A DNA stretch of 64,000 bases from Nitrospinales bacterium (GTDB lineage: Bacteria; Nitrospinota; Nitrospinia; Nitrospinales; VA-1), in the NCBI GenBank assembly GCA_965223345.1, contig CBDCWG010000007.1, forward strand, positions 128,001 through 192,000. The letters run 5' to 3'. The notes under the pieces were generated by a model. The model had not been told where the DNA came from, searched no databases, and saw only the letters and a program-made list of their open reading frames with translations. Of the stretch, positions 31,760 to 41,536 are shown piece by piece; position 1 is the first letter of the stretch, and every line of letters starts with the position of its first letter. A program made the position numbers and the translations under genes.

Positions 31760-32182
31760 ATGTCTGAAAGCGAGCGATTCACCGACAACGGCGACGGGAC
31801 CGTCACGGATCATAAAATGAACCTGATGTGGAAAAAAAACGATTCCTTTCAGGACACGCAGAAGTGGCTCAACTGGTTCAAGGGGCAGGACTACGTGGAG
31901 ATCGCCAACCTGGAGCGGTTCGCGGGGCACGAGGACTGGCGCTACCCGAACGAGGACGAGGCGTGGAGCCTCTTCGAGCTCAACAAGCGCAACACGGACA
32001 AATACGGCGACGAGATCTACCTCGACCCGGTGTTCGCGCCCGGAAGCGCCGGGACCACCTGGACGCTCGCCGAGAAGGATTCCTCGGCCCTGGTGATTCA
32101 ATTCGAGGACGGGCAGAAGGTCTGGCCCTCCAAGTACGCCAACCTCAACATGGCCTACCGCATGGTGCGGCCGCTCTCCTGA
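31760..32182 (+). CDS. DUF1566 (Lcl C-terminal domain) protein
   Basis: RFTDNGDGTVTDHKMNLMW, DWRYPNEDE. Confidence 0.88.
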   Translation: MSESERFTDNGDGTVTDHKMNLMWKKNDSFQDTQKWLNWFKGQDYVEIANLERFAGHEDWRYPNEDEAWSLFELNKRNTDKYGDEIYLDPVFAPGSAGTTWTLAEKDSSALVIQFEDGQKVWPSKYANLNMAYRMVRPLS

Positions 32183-32185
32183 CGG

Positions 32186-33796
32186 TCAATTGCGATTCAG
32201 CGCCGACAGGCTCGGCGGATAGACCACCGTCACCTCGGGCGCGTCGGGCCCCACATATTCGAACCAGGGCGCGACCTTGAAACGGATGCTGGCGACCTGG
32301 GATTCGAAATTCTCGAACCGCTTGGGATGCATGCGCTGCACGCCCAGCTCCAGTTTCAGAATCCTGCCTGAAGGCAGAACCAGATCGGTGCCGGAGGATT
32401 GTTTGAGATCGATCGCCACAGAACCGTTGCCCCCCCGGGTCACCATGTGGTTCCCTTCGGCCAGCGGGCGCGGCATCCCCTCCATCGACAAACGCCAGAT
32501 GTAGCGGCTGTTGTAGCCGCGCGCGTGCGCCACCGGCAGCGCGGGATCGAGAAACTGCAGCTTGTCCCTGCCGTCCTCGCGCAGGAAATACACACTGGCG
32601 GGCGTCCACTTGACGAGGTTTTTCTGGAAATTGTCCTTGCTCATGCGCAGGCAGCGTTCGTTTTTCTTCAGTTCCGCAACGGTCAGCCGCTTCTCGCGGA
32701 ACAGGTCTTTGCGCAGCTCCAGCGCTTCCGGGGTGTGAAGAAAGCAGCTGCCCAGGCCGAGAACGGAGTCCCACTCACGGGACGGATTGTTTTTGAGGAC
32801 CCCCTTGAGCCCCGCAACCAGTTTCTTCTCCAGTTTCGGATAGTAGCCCCGGCTCACCTCTTTCAGAACGCGCACCGCCTGATCCCAGTTTTTACGGTTC
32901 AGCGCGTCGTCAAAATCCGCCAGCACGATTTCCGCAAACCCCTTGCCCGGCGCTTTGTCTTTGAAGTATTCCTTGCCGTCAAACACGTGCTTTTTCAGAT
33001 ACTGGTAGCGGGCCGGGTGGCTGTAGCGGAAATAAGGATAGTGGATGTAGGCGGCGATCGAATTGGCGAAGTCCTCCTGCAGGTTCTGGCGCGAGTAGGT
33101 CGGCAGGTGGCGGCGGGAGACCGGCGCGTAGTTGTCGATCTCGGGCCGGTTCAAAAACGTGTAGAGAAAATCGTCCCCCTGCTTGCCGTCCAGGGCGGGC
33201 ATGTGCAGCGTTTTGAAGCCGGAAAGCGCCAGCCACTCGCCGGAAAACGAGAGAAAGCCATTCGCCATGTCGAAGGCGTGCCCCATCTCGTGCTGCACGA
33301 TGTTGTTGAAATCCTCCGTGTCCTCATAGAACAGCGGTGTGTAAAATTCGATGCGCAGGTCCTGATCCTCGACGAACACCTTGTAGGATTTCAGCTTGCT
33401 CTCGTGAATGGTCACGTAGGTGGGCAGGGTCGCCGCGGGGATCTCATCGGGCGCGAAGTTTCCCGGCTGGGCGATGAACTCCCGCATGCGGTAAAACGCC
33501 TTGAGGCCGGGCAGACGGTAGAACGAGGGCGGCAGCTCGGCAAACGCGGCGTGTATTTTTTTGATCTCATCCGGGGTCCAGGCCTCTCCCAGACCTTCCA
33601 GCTCGTAGCCGTAGGCGGCCTTGAACTTGTCCTTGAGGCCCTGCACCTCTTCCTGGTAGTTGCCCTTGTACTCATAAAATTTCCGTTTCGGCGCCGGGGC
33701 CGCCGGATCGTCGGCCACAACCGGGATCGGCACCATAAGCCAAATCAAAACAACAACTAAAGTGCATACTGGCAGCGGGTTCCATCGTGTTTTCAT
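32186..33796 (-). CDS. Exported zinc-dependent (zincin-like) protein
   Basis: Signal peptide; QHEMGHAFD and downstream YSRQNLQEDFA. Confidence 0.75.
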   Translation of the reverse strand: MKTRWNPLPVCTLVVVLIWLMVPIPVVADDPAAPAPKRKFYEYKGNYQEEVQGLKDKFKAAYGYELEGLGEAWTPDEIKKIHAAFAELPPSFYRLPGLKAFYRMREFIAQPGNFAPDEIPAATLPTYVTIHESKLKSYKVFVEDQDLRIEFYTPLFYEDTEDFNNIVQHEMGHAFDMANGFLSFSGEWLALSGFKTLHMPALDGKQGDDFLYTFLNRPEIDNYAPVSRRHLPTYSRQNLQEDFANSIAAYIHYPYFRYSHPARYQYLKKHVFDGKEYFKDKAPGKGFAEIVLADFDDALNRKNWDQAVRVLKEVSRGYYPKLEKKLVAGLKGVLKNNPSREWDSVLGLGSCFLHTPEALELRKDLFREKRLTVAELKKNERCLRMSKDNFQKNLVKWTPASVYFLREDGRDKLQFLDPALPVAHARGYNSRYIWRLSMEGMPRPLAEGNHMVTRGGNGSVAIDLKQSSGTDLVLPSGRILKLELGVQRMHPKRFENFESQVASIRFKVAPWFEYVGPDAPEVTVVYPPSLSALNRN

Positions 33797-34000
33797 AAAA
33801 GCCTCATCGGGCAAAAAGGGGAACGGAATAGGATCAGCTTATCAGATGCGCGGGGCAAATGCGACCGAATGCTCGGGAAGCGCTGCCGGGGTTTTTGTGG
33901 GCTGCGGCGGCCATTTTTTTCAGGTAGGATGCACCTTTTTGCGGGTTGGTTCATCTAAACACAATCATCATCGTCACTTTAAAAAAAGGAGGTTGTTTCT

Positions 34001-34474
34001 ATGGCGAAGCTGCCTGGGATTGAGGAAAAACTGATCAAGCTGAATCCGGACTGGACGGTGGAAAACGCCGCATCCACGCCGCTGGAAAAAGAGGTTTCCA
34101 TAAACGATTTCAAAGGGAAACGGCTCATCGTGACGCTGCCAGGCGCAGGAGGCTTCTGCAACAAGGAACTGGATCTGGTGAAAGAGAACATGGCGCAGTT
34201 CAAGCAAGCCGGCGCCGATGAGGTCGTGGTCGTGGTCGGAACCGATATCCTGACCAACGCGGGCCGCGGACTGCCCAACCTGCTGCAGGACCCGGACCAG
34301 GCCTTCGCCAAGGCCAACAAGCTCAATCTGGAGGGGGTCCGCAGCCGTTACCTGCAGCGCTCCACCATCGCCGTGGACGCGGACGGCAACCAGCTGGCGC
34401 GCGAAGACGCGGAGCTTCTGGGATGCCGCCCCTTGAACGCGCTCGTGGACGTGGCGAAAAAAGCCTTCGGTTGA
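34001..34474 (+). CDS. Divergent peroxiredoxin-like (Redoxin/Prx5-type) protein
   Basis: SINDFKGKRLIV, LPGAGGFC, LLQDPD..FA, RSTIAVD; RBS AGGAGG. Confidence 0.7.
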   Translation: MAKLPGIEEKLIKLNPDWTVENAASTPLEKEVSINDFKGKRLIVTLPGAGGFCNKELDLVKENMAQFKQAGADEVVVVVGTDILTNAGRGLPNLLQDPDQAFAKANKLNLEGVRSRYLQRSTIAVDADGNQLAREDAELLGCRPLNALVDVAKKAFG

Positions 34475-34481
34475 TCCCCAC

Positions 34482-34520
34482 AAAAAAACCTCCCTGGAAG
34501 GATTCCGGGGAGGTTTTTTT
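34482..34520 (+). terminator. Intrinsic terminator (possibly bidirectional)
   Basis: A7-CCTCCCTGGAA-GGA-TTCCGGGGAGG-T7. Confidence 0.88.
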
Positions 34521-34659
34521 CTTGCCCGCCGCATCCTGCCATCCAGCGAAACCCGCGCGCCCCTGTGTGAACGGTTCCTTTCGGCTATAAACAGCAACAA
34601 TTTAACTCAAAACATGCTAAAACTTTAAGGTCGAACTTCCAGTCACGGAGTCTGAAAGG

Positions 34660-35646
34660 GTGCCGACCCAGAACCGTTTTCCATTCCTCGAAATTCTCTG
34701 CAAAATCCTGGCGGTATTGTCCTTCGCCTTCGCGCTCAGCCTGCTGGGCGATCTGACCGGATGGTTTAAAAACGGTCTCCTCCTGTTCATCCTGGAAACC
34801 CTGTCGCCGGAAGGGCACCTCAAAAAAACCGAACCGGCTCACTATCAGGCGCTGTTTTTCAGTCTCTGGATATTTGGCTACAGCCTCATCACCCTCAAGC
34901 TGTATCTGCGCGCCGCCAACCCGCCCGCCGTCCGGTTTGGAATCACCTCCATCCTGGCGCTCGGCATTTGCACCTCTTTTTTCTTTGTCCGCCCTGCCCT
35001 GCAGTTCATCAACTTCAAGCCGCTGACGCAATACTCGCCGATTTTTTATGCGGAGGACGGGGTTTTCGAAACCCTGACGGCGATCCTGCTTTTTTTCGCC
35101 GCCATCCTGTTTTTCCGTTCCGCATGGATGGCCGGGCGCAAGGGGCAGGCCATCCCAATCCGCCTGCTGCTCGGGTCTCTGGGGCTGTTCTGCCTGTTTT
35201 TCTGCATGGAGGAGATCAGCTGGGGACAGCGGATCCTCGGCTGGGAAACGCCGGAGTGGGCGAAAAACATCAACTCGCAGCAGGAAACCAATCTCCACAA
35301 CCTGGTGAACAAGGTGGGAGAGGAAGATTTTCAGTTGCGCTACCTGCAGGTGATCTTCGACCTGACGTTCTCTTTGATGCTATTGGCGCTGGCCGGGCTG
35401 AAACACCGGATTCCCTACCCGCAGCTTCGGGGGCTTTTGCATCTGGAGAAATTCTATTTTCTCGCGATCTTCATCGCGATCGGCAGCCTGCTGCCGCACG
35501 AACTCAACGAAGAACTGCTGTCGCTGTTTTTTTTCATTTACAGCTACGATGTGCTCAAGCACATCCGCTCCCTGCCGGATTCGGAAACCGCAGCCCAACT
35601 CCCCGATGCTGAAATGGCCGCCGCCGAAACCGCGGAGGATTCATGA
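34660..35646 (+). CDS. Multipass membrane protein (EEISWGQR motif)
   Basis: EDGVFE, MEEISWGQRI, NSQQETNLHN; many TM segments. Confidence 0.8.
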   Translation: MPTQNRFPFLEILCKILAVLSFAFALSLLGDLTGWFKNGLLLFILETLSPEGHLKKTEPAHYQALFFSLWIFGYSLITLKLYLRAANPPAVRFGITSILALGICTSFFFVRPALQFINFKPLTQYSPIFYAEDGVFETLTAILLFFAAILFFRSAWMAGRKGQAIPIRLLLGSLGLFCLFFCMEEISWGQRILGWETPEWAKNINSQQETNLHNLVNKVGEEDFQLRYLQVIFDLTFSLMLLALAGLKHRIPYPQLRGLLHLEKFYFLAIFIAIGSLLPHELNEELLSLFFFIYSYDVLKHIRSLPDSETAAQLPDAEMAAAETAEDS

Positions 35647-37335
35647 GCGGGTCTTTGCGATCAGACGATGCGGCTCGAGCACGCCTTCTCCGGTTTCGAG
35701 CCGCACCTCGAGCCCGGGATACCGCTTGAGTAATTCCTCACTCTGTGCCTTCGGCACCAGCAAAAAGACATCGGGTTTTTCCAGCACCGGCCGCAGCGCC
35801 TCTTGGCTGGACAGCCCTTGCACCGGTTTCGCGACATAAAACAGCAGGTCCTCATCGGCTGTTCCGTAATGGTAAACGGGTTTCTCCCCGGCGAGTTCTG
35901 CGGCTTGCTGCCCGAAGGGCTTGAGGGAAAGATAGGCGTTCAGGGCGCGGCCTCCCGGCCCGTGTGCGAGGATGAGGACCAGCAGCGTCGTCGCGGCCAT
36001 CGCTCCCCAGGCGTTAAGAAACCGGCCGCGCTGCAACGCGCGGCCCAGAAACCCGGCGATGGCAAACGCCACCAGTGCCAGCAGGATGAACACCCAGGCC
36101 GGAGGATAGTGATCCCGTATCAGAAACTTCGCCACCCAGCGGTCGTTGCGGTGCACAAACCCGGTCTGCTGAATCTGGGCACTCAATGTCTCGGGCGGCA
36201 GCCACAGCAAAAAAAGAAACACCACACCCCCCAAACCGACCAAGCCCGTGAACAGCCACAGCGTGCGCGCGACTCCCTGCGACACACCGCCTGCGCGGCC
36301 CGGCGCCACCAGGGCGTGCGCGATGATCAACATCGCAAACGGATACGCCGGCAGCAGATAGGCTTCGCGCTTTCCCGGAAACAGCGAGAGAAACAGGATG
36401 AGCGTCGCGCAGCAGAGCGACGGGTAAAGCCAGCGGACGTCGAGGTTCTTCACGCCCCAGACCAGCGCCACCGGCAGAAACAGGCTCCAGGGCGCGAGCC
36501 CCTTGAAGATGATGAGAAAATAGTAGTAAAACGGTTCGTGGTGGATGGCCACCGTTTCGGTGCCGGTGGTGCGGTCCACGGTCTCGCGCAGGATCATGGC
36601 CTTGAAGGCGTCGCCCCCTTCCACAAACCCCGCCGCCAGCCACAGCGCCGCCATCGCCAGCGGCACGAGGAGGAGCCGCGCCCACGGCGCCCAGGCCTTG
36701 TTCACCCGCGAATAGACGAACAAGGCCAGAAGCGGAAACAGCAGGCCCAGCGGGCCTTTGGTCAAAAGAGCCAGCCCCAGCGCAACCGCCGCAATCCAGG
36801 CGGCCTTGTTCCGCACCTCAGGGTCGGCGTCCTGTGTCATTCTCCAGAACGCCGCCAGCGCCAGCGTGATGAAAAACGTGAACAACAGATCGATGCGCGC
36901 GTTGGTGCTGAGATAGGAAAACTGCAACGCGGTGGCGGTCATCGCGCCCGCGAGAAAGCCGGTGACAGGCGTGAACAGCCAGAACCCCATGAGCGTGGTG
37001 AGAAACACCGTCGCCGTGCCGGCGAGCACCGAGGGCAGCCGGAGCGTGATCTCGTTCACGCCGCCGAGCAGCTTCGAGCAGGCCAGCCCCGCCCAGTAGA
37101 ACAGCGGCGGCTTGGTGCGGATGCGTTCGTCATTGATCTTGGGCAGCCAGACGCTCTCGCCTTGCGCCATGAGGGCCACCGGCACGCCTTCGCGCGCCTC
37201 GCGGCGCGACAAATCCGACTGGAACGTGCACCAGAGAAAAAACACGAACGCGATCGCCGCAGGGCTCCACAATAGAAGGGAGTGCAGCCGGGCCGGGTCG
37301 CGGGGTTCGGATGGATGCGGGTCGGGTGGGTTCAA
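35641..37335 (-). CDS. ArnT/PMT-like membrane glycosyltransferase
   Basis: KPPLFYW, LRLPS, LTKGP, HHEPFYYY, KREAYLLP; start uncertain (ORF extension to 37440 runs into a repeat). Confidence 0.88.
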   Translation of the reverse strand: MNPPDPHPSEPRDPARLHSLLLWSPAAIAFVFFLWCTFQSDLSRREAREGVPVALMAQGESVWLPKINDERIRTKPPLFYWAGLACSKLLGGVNEITLRLPSVLAGTATVFLTTLMGFWLFTPVTGFLAGAMTATALQFSYLSTNARIDLLFTFFITLALAAFWRMTQDADPEVRNKAAWIAAVALGLALLTKGPLGLLFPLLALFVYSRVNKAWAPWARLLLVPLAMAALWLAAGFVEGGDAFKAMILRETVDRTTGTETVAIHHEPFYYYFLIIFKGLAPWSLFLPVALVWGVKNLDVRWLYPSLCCATLILFLSLFPGKREAYLLPAYPFAMLIIAHALVAPGRAGGVSQGVARTLWLFTGLVGLGGVVFLFLLWLPPETLSAQIQQTGFVHRNDRWVAKFLIRDHYPPAWVFILLALVAFAIAGFLGRALQRGRFLNAWGAMAATTLLVLILAHGPGGRALNAYLSLKPFGQQAAELAGEKPVYHYGTADEDLLFYVAKPVQGLSSQEALRPVLEKPDVFLLVPKAQSEELLKRYPGLEVRLETGEGVLEPHRLIAKTRS

Positions 37336-37390
37336 CGCAATCGGCGGTGGAAGTGAGAGAAACCAGGAGACAGTTGCAATTACCGCTTTT

Positions 37391-37474
37391 TTGTCACGCT
37401 GAGGCCTTCGGCATGTTCTGGTCAGGCTCTGTCGAAGCATGCCCCGCCCCCCTTCGACAAGCTCAGGGTGACAA
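37391..37474. repeat. REP-like palindromic repeat, copy 1 (left arm interrupted)
   Basis: TTGTCACGCTGAG[insert]TGTCGAAG...CTTCGACAAGCTCAGGGTGACAA; arms shared with 38881-38932. Confidence 0.8.
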
Positions 37475-37570
37475 TCATCGGTATACAGACCTCAGGGGCG
37501 GATTGTAGCAGAATTTTTCCGTTGTGTTAGGATGGGAATCGAACCAAATTGCTACAGAGAGGCAAAGCGA

Positions 37571-37918
37571 ATGACGAAAGCCATCGAAACCCGGGACACG
37601 TTCAAACAGAAGCGCTCGTTTTTCCATCCCTACAGCGGCATGCTGATCATCGGGCTGGACTGGCTGTTCTTCGGCGTCTCATCCTTGAGCCTGGGGCTCA
37701 GCACGCCGGTGACCTGCGTGCTCGCCTTCTTCGCCACCTTCTTCGGGGTGGCTTCCATCCAGAAAAACCTGGCGGGCGATTCCGTCCCCGCCGCCTTCGG
37801 CAAGGGATTCATCGGCGGCATCTTCGCCGGCATCCCCACCGCCATCTCCGGCACCGCGCTGGGCGCGCTGATCCTCGCGATGTCCGGCCTCGGCACGAAA
37901 AAAAGCACTTCGCGTTGA
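37571..37918 (+). CDS. Small Gly-rich membrane protein
   Basis: Three hydrophobic segments, host-like codon usage. Confidence 0.75.
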   Translation: MTKAIETRDTFKQKRSFFHPYSGMLIIGLDWLFFGVSSLSLGLSTPVTCVLAFFATFFGVASIQKNLAGDSVPAAFGKGFIGGIFAGIPTAISGTALGALILAMSGLGTKKSTSR

Positions 37919-37929
37919 GGCGGTGCTTC

Positions 37930-38511
37930 TTATCTTCCCTTTAATTTCCGGTAGCGAAAACAATCCATGGTGTGGTCGTTGACCATGCCGACGGCCTGCA
38001 TGAAGGCGTAGCAGATGGTGGGGCCGACGAAGCGGAAGCCGCGTTTCTTGAGGTCCTTGCTCATGGCCTTGGCTTCGGCGGTCTCGGCGGGGATATGCGA
38101 GAGGGATTTGAATTTGTTCACGATCGGTGTGCCGCCGACGAACTGCCAGATGTAGCTATCGAACGATCCGAATTCTTTCACCACGTCGAGAAAGCTCTGC
38201 GCGTTTGTGATCGACGCGTCCACCTTCAGGCGGTTGCGGATGATGCCCGCATCGGCCAATAAGCGTTTCTTGTCTTTTGCCGTGTATCCGGAGATCTTTT
38301 TCGCGTCGAAACGGTGGTAGACCTTGCGGTAGTGCTCCCGCTTCTTGAGCACGGTGGACCAGCTCAGCCCGGCATGCGCGCCTTCCAGAATCAGAAATTC
38401 GAACAGCAGCCGGTCGTCGTGCACCGGCACGCCCCATTCCTCGTCGTGGTAGGCGACCATTAGGGGGTCTTCGCCCGCCCATTTGCAGCGCGTTTTCTTT
38501 CTGGCGTTCAT
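37930..38511 (-). CDS. tag: DNA-3-methyladenine glycosylase I
   Basis: RCKW, YHDEEWG, AGLSW, IIRNRLK, FVGPTICYAFMQAVGMVNDHxxxC. Confidence 0.95.
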   Translation of the reverse strand: MNARKKTRCKWAGEDPLMVAYHDEEWGVPVHDDRLLFEFLILEGAHAGLSWSTVLKKREHYRKVYHRFDAKKISGYTAKDKKRLLADAGIIRNRLKVDASITNAQSFLDVVKEFGSFDSYIWQFVGGTPIVNKFKSLSHIPAETAEAKAMSKDLKKRGFRFVGPTICYAFMQAVGMVNDHTMDCFRYRKLKGR

Positions 38512-38561
38512 GGGATCGTCGTTTCGTGAGTTTGTATTTTGATCCTGCGTCGAGAAATACA

Positions 38562-38700
38562 GCCCCCCTCACCTCAAGCCACCACAAGTATTTTTGATGA
38601 GCGGGTGTCGAGTTTGACTCGACGCCTCATTAAACGGACTAAGAGGAAGTATTGTTTCCGCATCTCCGGTTTCCTTTGCGATCTTTGCGTCTTTGCGGTT
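38562..38700. repeat. Dispersed structured repeat, copy A, ending in a (CTTTGCG)x3 array
   Basis: Colinear blocks shared with 63382-63507; hairpin GTCGAGT-TTG-ACTCGAC. Confidence 0.85.
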
Positions 38701-38774
38701 GAAAATAATCTTTTGTTTTTTTTGACTCAATGAAATAACCCTTATTCGTTGCAATATTTTTGAAATGCGGTTTG

Positions 38775-38801
38775 AACCGCAAAGGCGCAAAGAACGCAAA
38801 G
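38775..38801. repeat. (GCAAAG)x3 array, inverted partner of 38674-38700
   Basis: 25/27 identity to the reverse complement of 38674-38700. Confidence 0.85.
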
Positions 38802-38880
38802 TGTCGAAATCCCATACTGTGCTTTCTGTGCCATTGTAAAAGGCAACTATGCAACTCGCACCGACTGAGAAAAAGCCTGG

Positions 38881-38932
38881 GCTGAGCTTGTCGAAGGGTG
38901 CCGGGTCATGCTTCGACAAGCTCAGCATGACA
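38881..38932. repeat. REP-like palindromic repeat, copy 2
   Basis: GCTGAGCTTGTCGAAG-N14-CTTCGACAAGCTCAGC, perfect 16-bp stem. Confidence 0.85.
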
Positions 38933-38948
38933 GAGGATGCAATCCGCT

Positions 38949-41114
38949 TCACCCTCTCTCGAACGGCCGCCAGGTGAGCGCCAGGCCGCCAAACACGTTG
39001 AAGGGAGCCGCGGGTTCGAAGAAGCGGCCGCCCGCCGCGTTGATGCGGGTGTTGGCATTGTAGCTTTCATCCAGCAGGTTGTTCAATCCGACGAAGGCGC
39101 GCCAGGTGAACGCGCCCATCTCCCCTTCCCGGCCCGCGGTCAGGCTAGTGGCGGTGTAGGCGTCGTTCCCGGCGCTGTTGGCGTTGTTCACGAAAAAATC
39201 GTCCACGTGCTGAAACTCGAAGCGGCCGAACCAGCCGGTCTCCGATTTCGCCTGCAGGCGGCCGGCGACGCGGTGCTCGGGAATGCCGGGGATGGCCCTG
39301 CCGGAAAAATCGCTGCCGTCTGCGAGAAACTCGGTGAACTGGAAATCGCTGTAGGTGTAGGACACAAACAGGTCGAGTACGGAATTGGGCCGGTAGCGGG
39401 CGCTCGCCTCGACGCCTTTGCGCTCGGAAGCGCCAGCGTTGCGGAAAAAATTGCGCCCCGGCGAGCCGGGCAGCTCGAAGGGGATGATCTCATCGTCGGA
39501 GCGGATGAAAAACAGCGCCAGATCGTAATCGAGTTTTTTCCCGAGGCCCTTGCCTTTCAGCCCCACTTCGTAGCTCACCGATTGCTGGGCGTCGAGATCG
39601 GGGTTGAACCCCGGCCCGCCGGAGGGGTTGACGATCAGCTCGGTGGTGGTCGGCACTTCGAACACGGTGCCGATGTTGGCGTACACGTCCAGGTTCTCGC
39701 GCCAGTGGGCCACCGCGCCGACGCTGCCACTCCATTCGGAAAGCGTGCGCGAGCCGGACTGGTCGCCGTCGCTCAGAAACGCATCGTCGAGCTCGAAGCG
39801 CACACGGTCGTAGCGCAGCCCGAAAGCCACATCCAGCCAGGATGTCAGGCGCATCTCCTGACGGGCGTAGGGGCCGACGCTGGTGACGGTTTCGATCTGA
39901 TCGAGCGTGAGCGCGCCCTGCACGCTCTGGTTGTTGTCAAAACGCTGGCGGTTGTCGCGCTGGTGCGAGACGTCCACGCCGAACACGAAGCGGGTGCGGC
40001 GATCGAACCACTCGGTGTCGAACACCGAGCGGATTTCCAGCCCCGGCGCAATGCGCTCGAATTCGACGATGCCGCCGCTGACGAACGGCAGCTTGTTGGA
40101 AAACACCCGGTGCCGGAGGTGCGTGGTGACGAACAACTGCAATCGCGCGGTGAGGTCCTTGCGGAAGCGCAGCGCCGCCTGGTTTTCGGTGACCTGCTCG
40201 CCGGCGGAAAACAACAGATTGGCCGCGCGCGCCTGCTCCGGGTCGGCGTCCGCCTGCTCTTTCGTCAACGCGCCGGGATCTTCCGCCAGCGGCGAGTTGA
40301 AATGCGACAGCGTGAGTTGCCAATCGGCCCCGGAGGGAGTTTCAAAGCGGAACTTGCCGTTCACCAGGGTGTTCTCGGTGGCGCTGTGCTCGCGGTGGCC
40401 GGAATAATCCAGATGCGAGGTGAACACCCGGTAGTTGAACGCCTCATTGAGCGTGTCCCGCGTGCCGCCCAGACTGGCCTGATATTTTCTCAGCCCGAAG
40501 GAGCCGGCGACGAACCGCGGGGCGATTTCCAGCGGCGTGTCGGGGCCGTCGCGCGTCGAAAGGTCGAGCACCCCGCCGGACGCGTTGCCGTACAGCGAGG
40601 AAGACGGGCCGCGCAGCACTTCCATCGATTCGAGCAGCGCCGGATCGATGGCATCGAGCTGGGTCAGGCCGTCGGGCAGGGTCTGGGACACGCCGTCCAC
40701 GCGCACCTTCACGCCGCGCACACCGAACGGCGAACGGGCGCCGAATCCGCGGATGGAAATCCTCAGGTCCTGGGCGAAATTTTCCGGGTTCTGCAAAAAA
40801 AGCCCCGGCAGAGGCGTCAGGGCTTCATCGAGGGTCAGGCTGGGCCGGGCGTTGCGGATTTCCCCGGCATCCAGTTTATGAATGGAGGCGGGCACATCGC
40901 GGGCCGGTTTGCGGGATCGCACCGAGGTGACGGTCACCGCAGGCAGGGTCAGGACTTCGGGGGCTTCCTCATTGCCGGGGGTCTCGGCGGCGCGCACGCT
41001 GCCGGGATCGAACATAGCCAAGAGCAGGCACAGCACGGCCAAAGGGAACGTCCGCGGCCTGCGGACACCAGCAGAAGGGGCGACGGAAACGATGGATGAC
41101 GGGGATTGCGGCAC
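38949..41114 (-). CDS. TonB-dependent outer membrane receptor
   Basis: VTVTS TonB-box region, ISIRGFG, MEVLRGPSSSLYGNASGGV plug, beta-barrel; start uncertain. Confidence 0.93.
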   Translation of the reverse strand: MPQSPSSIVSVAPSAGVRRPRTFPLAVLCLLLAMFDPGSVRAAETPGNEEAPEVLTLPAVTVTSVRSRKPARDVPASIHKLDAGEIRNARPSLTLDEALTPLPGLFLQNPENFAQDLRISIRGFGARSPFGVRGVKVRVDGVSQTLPDGLTQLDAIDPALLESMEVLRGPSSSLYGNASGGVLDLSTRDGPDTPLEIAPRFVAGSFGLRKYQASLGGTRDTLNEAFNYRVFTSHLDYSGHREHSATENTLVNGKFRFETPSGADWQLTLSHFNSPLAEDPGALTKEQADADPEQARAANLLFSAGEQVTENQAALRFRKDLTARLQLFVTTHLRHRVFSNKLPFVSGGIVEFERIAPGLEIRSVFDTEWFDRRTRFVFGVDVSHQRDNRQRFDNNQSVQGALTLDQIETVTSVGPYARQEMRLTSWLDVAFGLRYDRVRFELDDAFLSDGDQSGSRTLSEWSGSVGAVAHWRENLDVYANIGTVFEVPTTTELIVNPSGGPGFNPDLDAQQSVSYEVGLKGKGLGKKLDYDLALFFIRSDDEIIPFELPGSPGRNFFRNAGASERKGVEASARYRPNSVLDLFVSYTYSDFQFTEFLADGSDFSGRAIPGIPEHRVAGRLQAKSETGWFGRFEFQHVDDFFVNNANSAGNDAYTATSLTAGREGEMGAFTWRAFVGLNNLLDESYNANTRINAAGGRFFEPAAPFNVFGGLALTWRPFERG

Positions 41115-41179
41115 AAGCGGCCCCTACAATGAATCGGCCTCGTTCGCTTCCGAGGCTTCATAGACCATACCGGGACGGC

Positions 41180-41536
41180 TCAGGCGCTGCCTTTATCCAG
41201 AATATGCAGGATCGACTCCAGATCCTGCTGGATCTTCTGTTTGAGATGCAACCGCTTTTCCCGCTCCTCGGGGGAAGTCTGCCCGTTTTTGCGCGCCTCG
41301 CGCAGTTTCTGCTTGGCGCCGGCGATGGTGAATTTTTCTTCGTACAAGAGCCGCTTGATCTCAAGGATCATCTCCACGTCTTTGCGCTTGTAGAGTCTCT
41401 GGCCGGCCCGGTTTTTTTCCGGCTTGAGGGTGTCGAATTCCTCCTCCCAGTAGCGCAGAACGTGCTGCTCCACCTGGGCGACCTGAGCCACTTCACCGAT
41501 CTTGAAAAACAGCTTGTCGGGTATGACGGGATTCAT
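41180..41536 (-). CDS. MerR-family HTH regulator (ihfA-linked type)
   Basis: [35 protein letters not shown]. Confidence 0.92.
   Translation of the reverse strand: MNPVIPDKLFFKIGEVAQVAQVEQHVLRYWEEEFDTLKPEKNRAGQRLYKRKDVEMILEIKRLLYEEKFTIAGAKQKLREARKNGQTSPEEREKRLHLKQKIQQDLESILHILDKGSA

Noticed and set aside
38674..38801. CRISPR array
   Set aside because: Units are 8-9 bp tandem and inverted with no unique spacers, and no cas genes are present
38569..38952. ORFs 38569-38952, 38639-38854 and 63362-63652
   Set aside because: Translations of repeat DNA (RKDAKIAK, FAFFAPLR, MLSLSKHD), not credible genes
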